DNA from: an uncultured Ohtaekwangia sp.
Lineage (GTDB): Bacteria > Bacteroidota > Bacteroidia > Cytophagales > Cyclobacteriaceae
Reading direction: 5' to 3'
NCBI GenBank assembly: GCA_964439205.1
Contig: CAYTNM010000013.1
Coordinates: forward strand, 3 to 64,002
DNA length: 64,000 nucleotides
A program made the translations under genes and the position numbers. Below are positions 29,691 through 38,938 of the stretch, piece by piece (position 1 is the first letter of the stretch; the number at the start of each line of letters is the position of its first letter). The notes beneath the pieces are model-generated. The model was not told the origin of the DNA. It did not search any database and saw only the letters and a program-made list of their open reading frames with translations.

Positions 29691-30926
29691 CTAGCTTTTG
29701 CGAAGCATCCACTTCATTAACGGACCACTGGCAATGCTGGTGAGCAAAGCCATGATCACCAGCGAAACAAATAACCGCTCACCAATCAGTCCGCTTTCAA
29801 GAGCGATCAACCCCAAAATGATTTCCATGGCCCCCCGTGCATTCATGCCAAAAGCTGCGGCCAGAGATTCGCGCCAGGTGAAGCCTCCCAACCGGGTACC
29901 CAATCCACTACCAATGATTTTACCAGCAAAGGCAATGACCAGAATGATCAGCGTCAATGACCAATCAAAGTTGGCTACAAAATTGACACGCAACCCGATC
30001 GAAACAAAAAACAAGGGCGCGAAAATATTATTGATAAACTGATGCACGATTTCTTTGGCGCGTTCGGAAAAATGTTCGGAATCACCCAAAGCAATGCCAA
30101 TGATAAAGGCACCAAAGATGGCATGGATCCCAATGTACTCCGTAAAGGCAGCACCCAGAAAGCATAAGGTAAGCGAAATAGAAAGAACGCCTCCGGGCCA
30201 CGCTAATTTTTTATTCATCCACGGAAGTATCCGGTTAAGAAATGCCCGACCGATGGTTAACATTAATACGGTAAATCCCACAGTCAATAAAAGCGAGTTA
30301 ATCAAGGAGATGTTTTGTTGCCCTTTTCCGATCAGTCCCAGAACAACCGAAAAAATGAGCCACCCGATAATGTCATTGATCATGGCTGATGAAATGATCA
30401 ACATGCCTATCCGCGATTTGAAAATTCCCAAATCCATTAGAATCCGGGCGATGACCGGTAGCGCAGTGATGGACATGGAAGCTCCCATAAACAATGCAAA
30501 TGGTAAATGCATAGACTCTGCCTCGCTACCAAACCATTCGGGGTGATAGTAGGGGATCAGAAAACCAAAAGCAAAAGGAATAATCAATCCAAAAAAACTT
30601 GTGTAAACCGCTTGCCTTCCTTGTTGCATGACAATATGGAGATCCACCTCCAGACCAGCAATGAACAAAAGCATCACCACGGCCATCTGAACAATGCCAG
30701 ACAATACAATGCCGGAAGAACTGGTTGCCGGAAAGAGAGATTCAAAGGTATCCGGTGAGATAATCCCAAGAATAGTAGGCCCTAACAGAATGCCTGCGAT
30801 GAGTTCGCCTACGACAGCCGGCTGCTTAAACATGCGGGCGATCTCTGCCAGAAAACGGCCTGCCAAAAGCATGATACCGAGCTGAATAAACAGCAGCATG
30901 ATGTCCATCTGACCCAGTTTACCCAC
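29691..30926 (-). CDS. Cation:proton antiporter (CPA2 family)
   Basis: QPAVVGELIAGILLGP, LFIAGLE, SITALPV, IFGAF, PLFFVSIG, MNARG; many TM helices. Confidence 0.9.
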   Translation of the reverse strand: MGKLGQMDIMLLFIQLGIMLLAGRFLAEIARMFKQPAVVGELIAGILLGPTILGIISPDTFESLFPATSSSGIVLSGIVQMAVVMLLFIAGLEVDLHIVMQQGRQAVYTSFFGLIIPFAFGFLIPYYHPEWFGSEAESMHLPFALFMGASMSITALPVIARILMDLGIFKSRIGMLIISSAMINDIIGWLIFSVVLGLIGKGQQNISLINSLLLTVGFTVLMLTIGRAFLNRILPWMNKKLAWPGGVLSISLTLCFLGAAFTEYIGIHAIFGAFIIGIALGDSEHFSERAKEIVHQFINNIFAPLFFVSIGLRVNFVANFDWSLTLIILVIAFAGKIIGSGLGTRLGGFTWRESLAAAFGMNARGAMEIILGLIALESGLIGERLFVSLVIMALLTSIASGPLMKWMLRKS

Positions 30927-31779
30927 GATGATCCTCCTTTCTCGGACGAATAATCATCAGGTTACAAGGTAAGTCTGCAAATATGTATTCAAGGTCATGA
31001 GGAAACATCCTGTCAAACAAAGAAAACTTCCGGGGAGGCGCCCCCACAATCAATAGATCAGATTCCTTTCTTTCCGCAAATCGCGCCAATTCAAACCCCG
31101 ACTTTCCGGACAAAATTTTGATATTAATTTTTACTCCCTCATGCGGTATGGTCTCCAGCATTTTTTCTACCACTACCATTTCATCCTGAACCAGTGCCTG
31201 TTGTACCTGCGAGTACTCATCTTCCGAGCATTGGTCTGCCGAAGAGAGCGCGAGTCCCATGAGCTTGATTTCCCGAACGATATGTACCCACGCCTGACCG
31301 GTGGCAGCCGCCAGGACGCAACCGGTATGAATGGCCTCGCGGATAAAGGGACTGTCCTCTGCATTGACGACAATATTTCGTAAGGGTCGGGGTTCTACGG
31401 AAGGATTGGCCAGTACATATATGGAGCATTTGGCCTTCCGCATGAGCGTACGGGCCACCGTGCTGAGATAATAGCTAACAATGTTCTCTTTCTTTAGGGC
31501 GCCTGTTATCAGTAAATCAATTTTTTCTTGTTGGCATACCCGTAGAATCACTTCTGCTGGTTTTCCTTTTTGCCAGACAATTTTTGTATGAGCAGGTAAA
31601 CCCGTCTGATGAAGTAAACCAGACATTTTTTGGCGGGTGTCATCGGTAGACTCCCCCACATGAATTAAGAGTAGCTCCGCCTGAAGAAGATCTTTTAAGC
31701 GAGAAGCTTCCTGAAGTAATCCACCGGCTGTGGGTGAAAACGTGATGGCTACTGCCAACTTTTTTATCGAACCAAGCAT
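30919..31779 (-). CDS. Tandem-domain universal stress protein
   Basis: Two USP-like halves (AVAITFSP...DLLITGA...CSIYV and DLLIVGA...PCNLMII). Confidence 0.82.
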   Translation of the reverse strand: MLGSIKKLAVAITFSPTAGGLLQEASRLKDLLQAELLLIHVGESTDDTRQKMSGLLHQTGLPAHTKIVWQKGKPAEVILRVCQQEKIDLLITGALKKENIVSYYLSTVARTLMRKAKCSIYVLANPSVEPRPLRNIVVNAEDSPFIREAIHTGCVLAAATGQAWVHIVREIKLMGLALSSADQCSEDEYSQVQQALVQDEMVVVEKMLETIPHEGVKINIKILSGKSGFELARFAERKESDLLIVGAPPRKFSLFDRMFPHDLEYIFADLPCNLMIIRPRKEDHRG

Positions 31780-31938
31780 CTGCCAAAAATCATGAGATTA
31801 ACCATTCAAACACCGGAGTTTGATTCTTAAAAGTAGGAATTTATTAAGAGTAAACGGGAAAAGATTTTTTGCAGTGTATACTTTACAACCAAATACTTTA
31901 CTTTGGGGAGTTTATAGTTAACCCTCTTTTTTCAGCCT

Positions 31939-33195
31939 ATGTCGGTTCTTTCTGCGGCAGATCAGAAACGCAAAAACCTGATCCATCGGCTTTCTATCCT
32001 GGTGCTCGCTTTAACGGCTATTTATATTTTTCTGGATTGGTTGCTGGGTATTCATGTTCAGCCGTTTGTATATGGTTTATTTTTTTTGAATGCCTTCTTC
32101 AGTTATTTTTTAAACCGAAGAAATCGGTTGTCTCTTTCCAAGTGGTTTGGTTTGTTGTTTTTTAATACAATTATTTTTTTGGTGTCATCCAGCGAGCCGT
32201 TCGAAACGGGTATTCATCTTCATTTTGTTGCGGCAGGAGCGGTGGCGTTGGCGCTCTTTGGTTATGAAGAGTATAAATCAGCTCTTTTTTTTGCCGGACT
32301 TTCCATTACTTTATACCTGATTGTTTTTTTGACCGATATCTCTTTCATCAACTTCCGCTCGTTTACACAGAAGCAATCACAGATTTTTTTTGTCATCAAC
32401 ACCTTGGTATCGGCCACCGTATCCATTTACTCATTCATGTTATTTTCGAGAGTTAACTATAATGCCGAAGCAGCGCTTAGAAGAAGTGAGCAGGATAAGG
32501 TCACCCAGAATGAGCAGTTAAAAAAGATAAATCAGGAGTTGGATAGATTTGTTTATAGCGTATCGCATGACTTACGAGCTCCTCTGAGTTCGATTACAGG
32601 ATTAATCCAGGTATATCAGTTATCAGATAACCTGCCAGAAAAAGACAAGTTGGTAGGGATGATGCAAGACCGGGTAGCCAAGTTGGATAAGTTTATCCAT
32701 ACCATTATTGATTACTCCCGAAATGCCCGGAGTGAAATAACCAGAAAATCAGTTAATCTGTACTCCCTGATTGAAGAAATTTGGTCAGATCTGTCTTACA
32801 TGCCTGGATGGAGTCAGGTGCAGCTGCAAAATAATTTGCCTTCCCATTGGATCATTACCAGTGATGAGGATCGGTTGCGGATCGTTCTTTCCAATCTGAT
32901 TTCCAATGCCATCGTTTATCGCAACGATCGAACGGAACGTCAGTCCTTTGTGAACGTAAAGGGTTGGCAGGAAAAGGGACAATGGGTATTACAGTTATCC
33001 GACAATGGTCAGGGAATATCAGAAGAACACCTTTCGCATATTTTTGAAATGTTTTACCGGGCACACCGGGAGTCAAAAGGCTCTGGTTTGGGGCTATATA
33101 TTGTGAAGGAAACCCTGGATCGGCTAAAGGGGACGATTACCTGCCAATCGACCTATGGCGAGGGCACCCAATTTTCCATGGTCGTTCCTGATTAA
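31939..33195 (+). CDS. Membrane sensor histidine kinase
   Basis: About 6 TM helices, H-box FVYSVSHDLRAPL, NLISNA, DNGQGI, GSGLGL. Confidence 0.92.
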   Translation: MSVLSAADQKRKNLIHRLSILVLALTAIYIFLDWLLGIHVQPFVYGLFFLNAFFSYFLNRRNRLSLSKWFGLLFFNTIIFLVSSSEPFETGIHLHFVAAGAVALALFGYEEYKSALFFAGLSITLYLIVFLTDISFINFRSFTQKQSQIFFVINTLVSATVSIYSFMLFSRVNYNAEAALRRSEQDKVTQNEQLKKINQELDRFVYSVSHDLRAPLSSITGLIQVYQLSDNLPEKDKLVGMMQDRVAKLDKFIHTIIDYSRNARSEITRKSVNLYSLIEEIWSDLSYMPGWSQVQLQNNLPSHWIITSDEDRLRIVLSNLISNAIVYRNDRTERQSFVNVKGWQEKGQWVLQLSDNGQGISEEHLSHIFEMFYRAHRESKGSGLGLYIVKETLDRLKGTITCQSTYGEGTQFSMVVPD

Positions 33196-33273
33196 ACCCC
33201 TGATATTATTGCCAGGAAAAACTGGTAATTTGAAAAGAAAGCGCTAAATTTATTCTGATGACGTGAATAAAAC

Positions 33274-34587
33274 GTGCGGGTTCATACCATTTTACAATCG
33301 ATACTAATCCAGGGAAATCGTCCTCCCAAATCGTTATATGAATATAACGTAGGACTATTGAGGGGCGGCGTATGTCTGCTGGCTATTCTGGTAGCCACCA
33401 TATACCTGGTAACCGATTATTGGGAAGGAGTTGATGCGGGTCAGAATGTGTATTTGACACTTATCGCAGGATCGTTAATCTCCTTAGTATTAAATCGTAA
33501 ACACTGGTTTATGACGTCCACTGTTGTATTCCTGTTGATCTCCAGCACGCTGATTTACATTTTGGCCAGTAATGACATATTCCATACCGGAGTCTATCTG
33601 TATCAACTATTAATTGTCATTGTAGCTTTTGTGCTTTTCGGGTATAGTCATGTGCAGTGGGCGATTGTCTTTGCGGTGTATATATTGATTCAGTTTTTTT
33701 TAGCTTACCATTACAACTTCCGACCCATTCCGTTGGAGGTGACGCTGGATGCCGGATATGCCCGGTTTAGTGTTCTCAATAACTTCATCATCGCACTGAT
33801 CGTCACTTCCATTTTCTTTTATTTTCTCCTGCGGGTGAATCTTAATACCGAGATACAACTGGAAAAGAAGAACGAGTTACTCCAGAAAACCAATGAAGAA
33901 TTAGACCGGTTTGTTTATAGTACCTCCCACGATATGCGTGCTCCGCTGAGTTCAGTGCTTGGATTAATTGAGATCGCTAAGTTAACTAATCGTCCGGAGG
34001 AGTTGCGTCAGTGTCTGGACATGATGAGTGGGAGGGTGAAAAACCTGCAGGATTTTATCCGGGAGATCACCGATTATTCCCGCAACGAGCGGCAGGAACT
34101 GCGCCTGGAGGAAATTCATTTGGCCACCATGATCAAAGAAATCATTACCGATTTGAGATTTGGCAGGGAAGCAGATCAAATTGCTATCGAAATGGAAATA
34201 CATCCTGAAATGAAAATCGTGGTTGATCAGACCAGATTAAAAATTGTGTTGAACAACTTAATCGGAAACGCCTTCCGTTACAGCGACCGAAACAAAGACA
34301 ACCCTTTTGTGAAAATTCAGGCCAATGCCCGTGACGGATCGATTGCCATCTCTGTGGAAGACAACGGAGTAGGCATTGCTGAGGAGCATATGGAAAAAAT
34401 TTTTAACATGTTCTATCGGGGTTCGGAGAAATCAGACGGTTCCGGATTAGGCTTGTACATTGCACAGGAAGCCGCCCGAAAAATGGGAGGTAAAATATTG
34501 GCTCTTTCATCTCCAGGCCTGGGATCAGCCTTCACTTTAATGATCCCCCAGCCATCGCTCGCGAAACAAGTATTCTCGGAGAATTAA
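33274..34587 (+). CDS. Membrane sensor histidine kinase
   Basis: About 6 TM helices, H-box FVYSTSHDMRAPL, NLIGNA, DNGVGI, GSGLGL. Confidence 0.92.
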   Translation: MRVHTILQSILIQGNRPPKSLYEYNVGLLRGGVCLLAILVATIYLVTDYWEGVDAGQNVYLTLIAGSLISLVLNRKHWFMTSTVVFLLISSTLIYILASNDIFHTGVYLYQLLIVIVAFVLFGYSHVQWAIVFAVYILIQFFLAYHYNFRPIPLEVTLDAGYARFSVLNNFIIALIVTSIFFYFLLRVNLNTEIQLEKKNELLQKTNEELDRFVYSTSHDMRAPLSSVLGLIEIAKLTNRPEELRQCLDMMSGRVKNLQDFIREITDYSRNERQELRLEEIHLATMIKEIITDLRFGREADQIAIEMEIHPEMKIVVDQTRLKIVLNNLIGNAFRYSDRNKDNPFVKIQANARDGSIAISVEDNGVGIAEEHMEKIFNMFYRGSEKSDGSGLGLYIAQEAARKMGGKILALSSPGLGSAFTLMIPQPSLAKQVFSEN

Positions 34588-34619
34588 ACTTGGAGCATTA
34601 AATATTTGCCCTCCGGGCT

Positions 34620-34627
34620 TATCTTTG
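34620..34627 (+). promoter_or_regulatory. -7 element (TATCTTTG) of glyQS
   Basis: Exact consensus 7 nt before the ATG. Confidence 0.65.
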
Positions 34628-34634
34628 CCGACTT

Positions 34635-36176
34635 ATGGCGCAACCAGACGATAATTTATTGAAAAAAGTGATCGCCCATGCCAAGGAGTATGGGTTTGTC
34701 TTTCCTTCCAGCGAAATCTATGACGGCCTCAGCTCAGTTTATGATTATGGCCAAAATGGTTCCGAACTAAAAAACAATATCAAAGAGTACTGGTGGAAGT
34801 TTATGACGTTGCTCCACGACAATATTGTGGGCATTGATGCTGCCATCTTTATGCATCCGACCACCTGGAAGGCCTCCGGACATGTCGATGCTTTTAATGA
34901 TCCCATGATCGATAACAAAGACTCTAAAAAACGATATCGCGCGGATCAACTCATTGAAGGGGTCATCGAAAAACTGGAAGAGAAAATTGAAAAAGAAGTA
35001 GAAAAAGCGGCTAAACGCTTTGAAAACTTTGACCGTGCGATGTTTGTATCCACCAACGCCCGGGTGGTGGAGTATCAAAAGAAAATAGATGAGATCAATG
35101 CGCGTATGAAGGAGGCACTGGCTCGTGGTCAGATGGATGAACTCAAACAAATCATTGTGGATTTGGAAATTGCTGATCCCATCTCCGGTACCAAAAACTG
35201 GACAGAAGTGCGTCAGTTTAACCTTATGTTCTCCACAGAAATGGGTTCTGTGGCCGATGATGCCAACAAGATCTACCTTCGCCCGGAGACCGCTCAGGGT
35301 ATTTTTGTTAATTTTTTGAATGTGCAAAAGACAGGGCGAATGAAAATTCCCTTTGGCATTGCGCAGATAGGTAAGGCCTTCCGTAATGAAATAATAGCCC
35401 GCCAGTTTATCTTCCGGATGCGAGAGTTTGAGCAAATGGAAATGCAGTTTTTTGTGAAACCAGGCGAAGAGATGAAATGGTATGAATACTGGAAAGACAA
35501 GCGACTAAGGTGGCATCAGTCACTGAGGCTGGGCGATGATAACTACCGGTATCACGATCACCTGAACCTGGCGCATTACGCCAATGCTGCGTGCGATATT
35601 CAGTTTAACTTTCCGATGGGTTTCCGGGAGTTGGAAGGCATCCATTCGCGAACGGATTTTGATTTAAAAAGTCACGAGAAGTATTCCGGTAAAAAGTTGC
35701 AGTACTTTGATCCGGAGGATAATCAGAGCTTTATTCCATTTGTTGTGGAAACCTCCGTGGGATTGGACCGGATGTTCCTTTCCGTCCTTTCGGCTGGATA
35801 TCAGGAAGAAAAACTGGAAGATGGAAGTGAGCGGGTGGTATTAAAAATTCCGGCACCGTTGGCACCTCATAAAGTAGCCATCCTTCCATTGATGAAAAAA
35901 GATGGCCTTCCGGAGAAAGCCATGGAAGTGATGGAGTCTTTAAAATTCGATTTCCGGTGTTTTTATGAAGAAAAAGATGCCATCGGTAAACGGTACCGTA
36001 GACAAGATGCCATCGGAACACCTTATTGCATTACCATTGATCACCAGACCCTGCAAGACAATACGGTAACCATACGTGACCGCGACACGATGAAACAGGA
36101 ACGAGTAGGCATCGCGGATGTCAAATCCATAATTGCTGCCTCCGTTTCAATGGCTGAATGGCTGAAGAAGATTTAA
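34635..36176 (+). CDS. glyQS: Glycine--tRNA ligase (alpha2 type)
   Basis: YLRPETAQG, GKAFRNEI, FRMREFEQME, IGKRYRRQDAIGTP. Confidence 0.97.
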   Translation: MAQPDDNLLKKVIAHAKEYGFVFPSSEIYDGLSSVYDYGQNGSELKNNIKEYWWKFMTLLHDNIVGIDAAIFMHPTTWKASGHVDAFNDPMIDNKDSKKRYRADQLIEGVIEKLEEKIEKEVEKAAKRFENFDRAMFVSTNARVVEYQKKIDEINARMKEALARGQMDELKQIIVDLEIADPISGTKNWTEVRQFNLMFSTEMGSVADDANKIYLRPETAQGIFVNFLNVQKTGRMKIPFGIAQIGKAFRNEIIARQFIFRMREFEQMEMQFFVKPGEEMKWYEYWKDKRLRWHQSLRLGDDNYRYHDHLNLAHYANAACDIQFNFPMGFRELEGIHSRTDFDLKSHEKYSGKKLQYFDPEDNQSFIPFVVETSVGLDRMFLSVLSAGYQEEKLEDGSERVVLKIPAPLAPHKVAILPLMKKDGLPEKAMEVMESLKFDFRCFYEEKDAIGKRYRRQDAIGTPYCITIDHQTLQDNTVTIRDRDTMKQERVGIADVKSIIAASVSMAEWLKKI

Positions 36177-36959
36177 ATGAAATTTGCCTTTTTTGCAGGG
36201 CTGGTTCGACTGCTGTATTGGGTCTATCAGGAGTTGCGTTTCCGGTTTTATTATGGGCCGATCTTTCACCGGTTTCTCAATCATAGGTATGCTTACTATA
36301 CCACGCTGCCATGGAGGCATAAAGTCAAATTTCTAAAGCTGGCTCGTGATCATTATGAATATTTTGAATTTATTCCGCGTGACCGGATTAAGTTAACAAG
36401 AGCCATGAAAGCCATCATCTCCTGCGCAGCCTCTCAATTACTTTTGTTTTTGCCTGGTAAAAAGAAGGGGTTGACCTATTTCAAACGGATCATTGTCTAT
36501 CCGGATTACTATAACTCACGGATTACGCAGCGCAGACACAAAGGCGAAGTTAACCCAGCCCTTCAAACCATTGTGTTTAGCTGGCGAGGAATTGCCGAAG
36601 GGCTGAAGTACGATGATGATGGAATTAATCTGTTATTACATGAGTTTGCCCATGCGCTTTGGCTGGAGCAGAAAGTGGCAGGATACGAGGTGTTGGATCA
36701 ACAGTTGTTGGACGAGATTGAGCGGTATGCTGAAAATGAAATGGCAAATCTGCGGGCCGATGAGAATCATTTCTTCCGAAAGTATGCATTTGATAATATC
36801 GAAGAGTTTTTTGCTGTGGCGGTGGAGAATTTTTTCGAACGCCCGAAACTTTTTCAGCAGGCTCAGCCCAAACTTTATAGTATTTTAGCAACACTTTTTA
36901 AACAAAACCCGGCAACACTCTATGCACCCGATCCTCAACAGAAACCTTTATTTCGTTAA
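36177..36959 (+). CDS. M90 (MtfA-like) zinc-dependent peptidase
   Basis: IIVYPD, DDGINLLLHEFAH, YAFDNIEEFFAVAVENFFERP. Confidence 0.85.
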   Translation: MKFAFFAGLVRLLYWVYQELRFRFYYGPIFHRFLNHRYAYYTTLPWRHKVKFLKLARDHYEYFEFIPRDRIKLTRAMKAIISCAASQLLLFLPGKKKGLTYFKRIIVYPDYYNSRITQRRHKGEVNPALQTIVFSWRGIAEGLKYDDDGINLLLHEFAHALWLEQKVAGYEVLDQQLLDEIERYAENEMANLRADENHFFRKYAFDNIEEFFAVAVENFFERPKLFQQAQPKLYSILATLFKQNPATLYAPDPQQKPLFR

Positions 36960-37512
36960 AGAACACGTTAAAGTCTTTAAAGCAGCCAATAGTTTTGATA
37001 TTTTCGATCCGGACTCTCGCCAGATCATTCTGAGTGCGCGGGAAGAAAATCTAGGTTTTTTTACCAAGATGTTTCGATTTACGGATTATAAACGAATGAC
37101 TCCGTTTGAGATTGATATTAAAACCCCCGAAGGTCAGAAGATTTTAACCGTACGCAGAGGAGTTTCTTTTTTTCTTTCAACGGTAGAGGTACTGGATGAT
37201 CGAGGTACCATCATCGGAAAATTCAAGCAGAAATTCTTTTCCATTGGTGGAAAATTTGAGGTGCTGGATGCCTCCGAACGCCCCTTGTGTCTGCTCAAAG
37301 GCAAATGGACTAGTTGGGATTTTCGATTTGTATCGGCAGACAATAAAGAGTTTGCCATGGTTACCAAGAAATGGAGCGGTTTAGGAAAGGAATTGTTTAC
37401 GTCAGCAGATAACTATATTCTTCAAATTAGTAATGACGTGCCGGCCGATAGTCCTTTGCGCATGTTGATTTTAGCAGCGGTTATGTGTATTGATTTGGTG
37501 TTGAAAGAGTAA
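36922..37512 (+). CDS. Phospholipid-scramblase/LURP-one-like protein
   Basis: Beta-rich sequence with KKWSGLGKELFTSADNY and ILAAVMCID. Confidence 0.8.
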   Translation: MHPILNRNLYFVKEHVKVFKAANSFDIFDPDSRQIILSAREENLGFFTKMFRFTDYKRMTPFEIDIKTPEGQKILTVRRGVSFFLSTVEVLDDRGTIIGKFKQKFFSIGGKFEVLDASERPLCLLKGKWTSWDFRFVSADNKEFAMVTKKWSGLGKELFTSADNYILQISNDVPADSPLRMLILAAVMCIDLVLKE

Positions 37513-37515
37513 CCA

Positions 37516-38829
37516 ATGGTCTGGACCCAACTCCTTTCTGCCCAGCGCAGTCCCTCTAAACCAGTTTCGGCTGAGTTATCGAGAAGTGCTTTTGAACAAG
37601 ACTTTGACCGGATTATTTTTTCGCATCCGTTTCGAAGACTTCAGGATAAAACTCAGGTTCATCCATTGCCTGAGCATGATTTTGTACATACCCGGCTAAC
37701 ACACAGCCTCGAAGTAAGCAGTGTGGGGCGGTCGTTGGGACGAAGGGTAGGAGAAGTGGTTTTAAGTCGTCATCCGGAATTAGAATCTTTTACTTCCCAT
37801 GACTTTGGAACCATTGTGGCTTCTGCATCCTTAGCACATGACTTGGGGAACCCGCCTTTTGGACATTCCGGTGAAGACGGATTATCCGATTATTTCATAC
37901 ATGGCCCTGGAAAAGGATACCGGCCTCATTTCACCGAAGCACAGTGGGAAGACCTCACTCGTTTTGAAGGCAATGCGCAAGGTTTTCGAATACTGAATAA
38001 AAACCAATATCAGGGATTAAAGCTCACCTACGCCACCCTGGGAGCTTTTACCAAATACCCTTGTCCGGCCTATTTTCCAGAACGCAACAAATCCCGAAAA
38101 AGTCAGCGAAAATTTGGATTTTATCAAACGGAGAAAGAATTGTTCAAAGAGTTGGCTGATCAACTGGGCCTGATCCATACGTCTGATTTCGTCTGGGCCA
38201 GACATCCACTCGCTTTTCTGGTGGAGGCGGCAGACGATATCTGCTACAATATTATTGATTTGGAAGACGGTTGTCGGTTGGGATTAATCTCCTTATCCGA
38301 TACTCTTGACCTATTGGCAGCTATCTTGAAAAGTGACTATAAACCTGAAAAGGTAAATCGAATCTCCAGCTCAGATGAAAAAGTAGGAGTATTACGCGCC
38401 TTAGCCATTGGTAAACTGATTGAAGATGTTGTTGAAGTGTTTGTTGCGAACGAAAAGGAAATACTCAATGGTACTTTTGATCAGGCATTAACCGATGTGG
38501 GTAAGTATCAGCAGCCACTTCAAAAAATTGTAGAAGTTTCAGTTGAAAAGATTTACAGAGCCCGTCATGTGGTAGAAATTGAAACGGCAGGTTTTGAAGT
38601 ATTACCAGGATTAATGGATGAGTTCTTAAAAGCGGCTGAACATCTGGTAAGAAAAAATCAAGCACGTAAATACACCAATCTGGCTCGGTTATTACCGCAG
38701 GAATCGCGTGAGATAATCTTGGCCAACCCTGAAAACACCTATCTGCAAACCCGGGAAGTCATTGATTTTATAAGCGGTCTAACGGATCGAAATGCGCTTT
38801 CTCTCTATCGGAAGATCAGCGGCAGTTAG
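37516..38829 (+). CDS. dgt: Deoxyguanosinetriphosphate triphosphohydrolase (dGTPase)
   Basis: FRRLQDKTQV, RLTHSLEV, AHDLGNPPFGHSGE, FEGNAQ, EAADDICY, DFISGLTD. Confidence 0.93.
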   Translation: MVWTQLLSAQRSPSKPVSAELSRSAFEQDFDRIIFSHPFRRLQDKTQVHPLPEHDFVHTRLTHSLEVSSVGRSLGRRVGEVVLSRHPELESFTSHDFGTIVASASLAHDLGNPPFGHSGEDGLSDYFIHGPGKGYRPHFTEAQWEDLTRFEGNAQGFRILNKNQYQGLKLTYATLGAFTKYPCPAYFPERNKSRKSQRKFGFYQTEKELFKELADQLGLIHTSDFVWARHPLAFLVEAADDICYNIIDLEDGCRLGLISLSDTLDLLAAILKSDYKPEKVNRISSSDEKVGVLRALAIGKLIEDVVEVFVANEKEILNGTFDQALTDVGKYQQPLQKIVEVSVEKIYRARHVVEIETAGFEVLPGLMDEFLKAAEHLVRKNQARKYTNLARLLPQESREIILANPENTYLQTREVIDFISGLTDRNALSLYRKISGS

Positions 38830-38908
38830 CCATCAAACTAAAAGCAACCTTTTTTGGGAATTCTCATTGAAATAAGCCTTTTTACCCTCTGACAATCCCA
38901 AAAATCCT

Positions 38909-38916
38909 TACTTTTG
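38909..38916 (+). promoter_or_regulatory. -7 element (TACTTTTG)
   Basis: Exact consensus 22 nt before the MMPL ATG. Confidence 0.55.
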
Positions 38917-38938
38917 CGGGTTCTTACTTTACGCTTTC

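Noticed and set aside
34767..35435. 222-aa antisense ORF within glyQS, and the many other 60-160 aa overlapping ORFs in the track
   Set aside because: They are shadows of well-supported genes on the opposite strand or frame and show no recognisable motifs
37516..38829. dGTPase as an anti-phage defence gene
   Set aside because: Housekeeping neighbourhood between tRNA ligases, with no defence or mobility genes nearby
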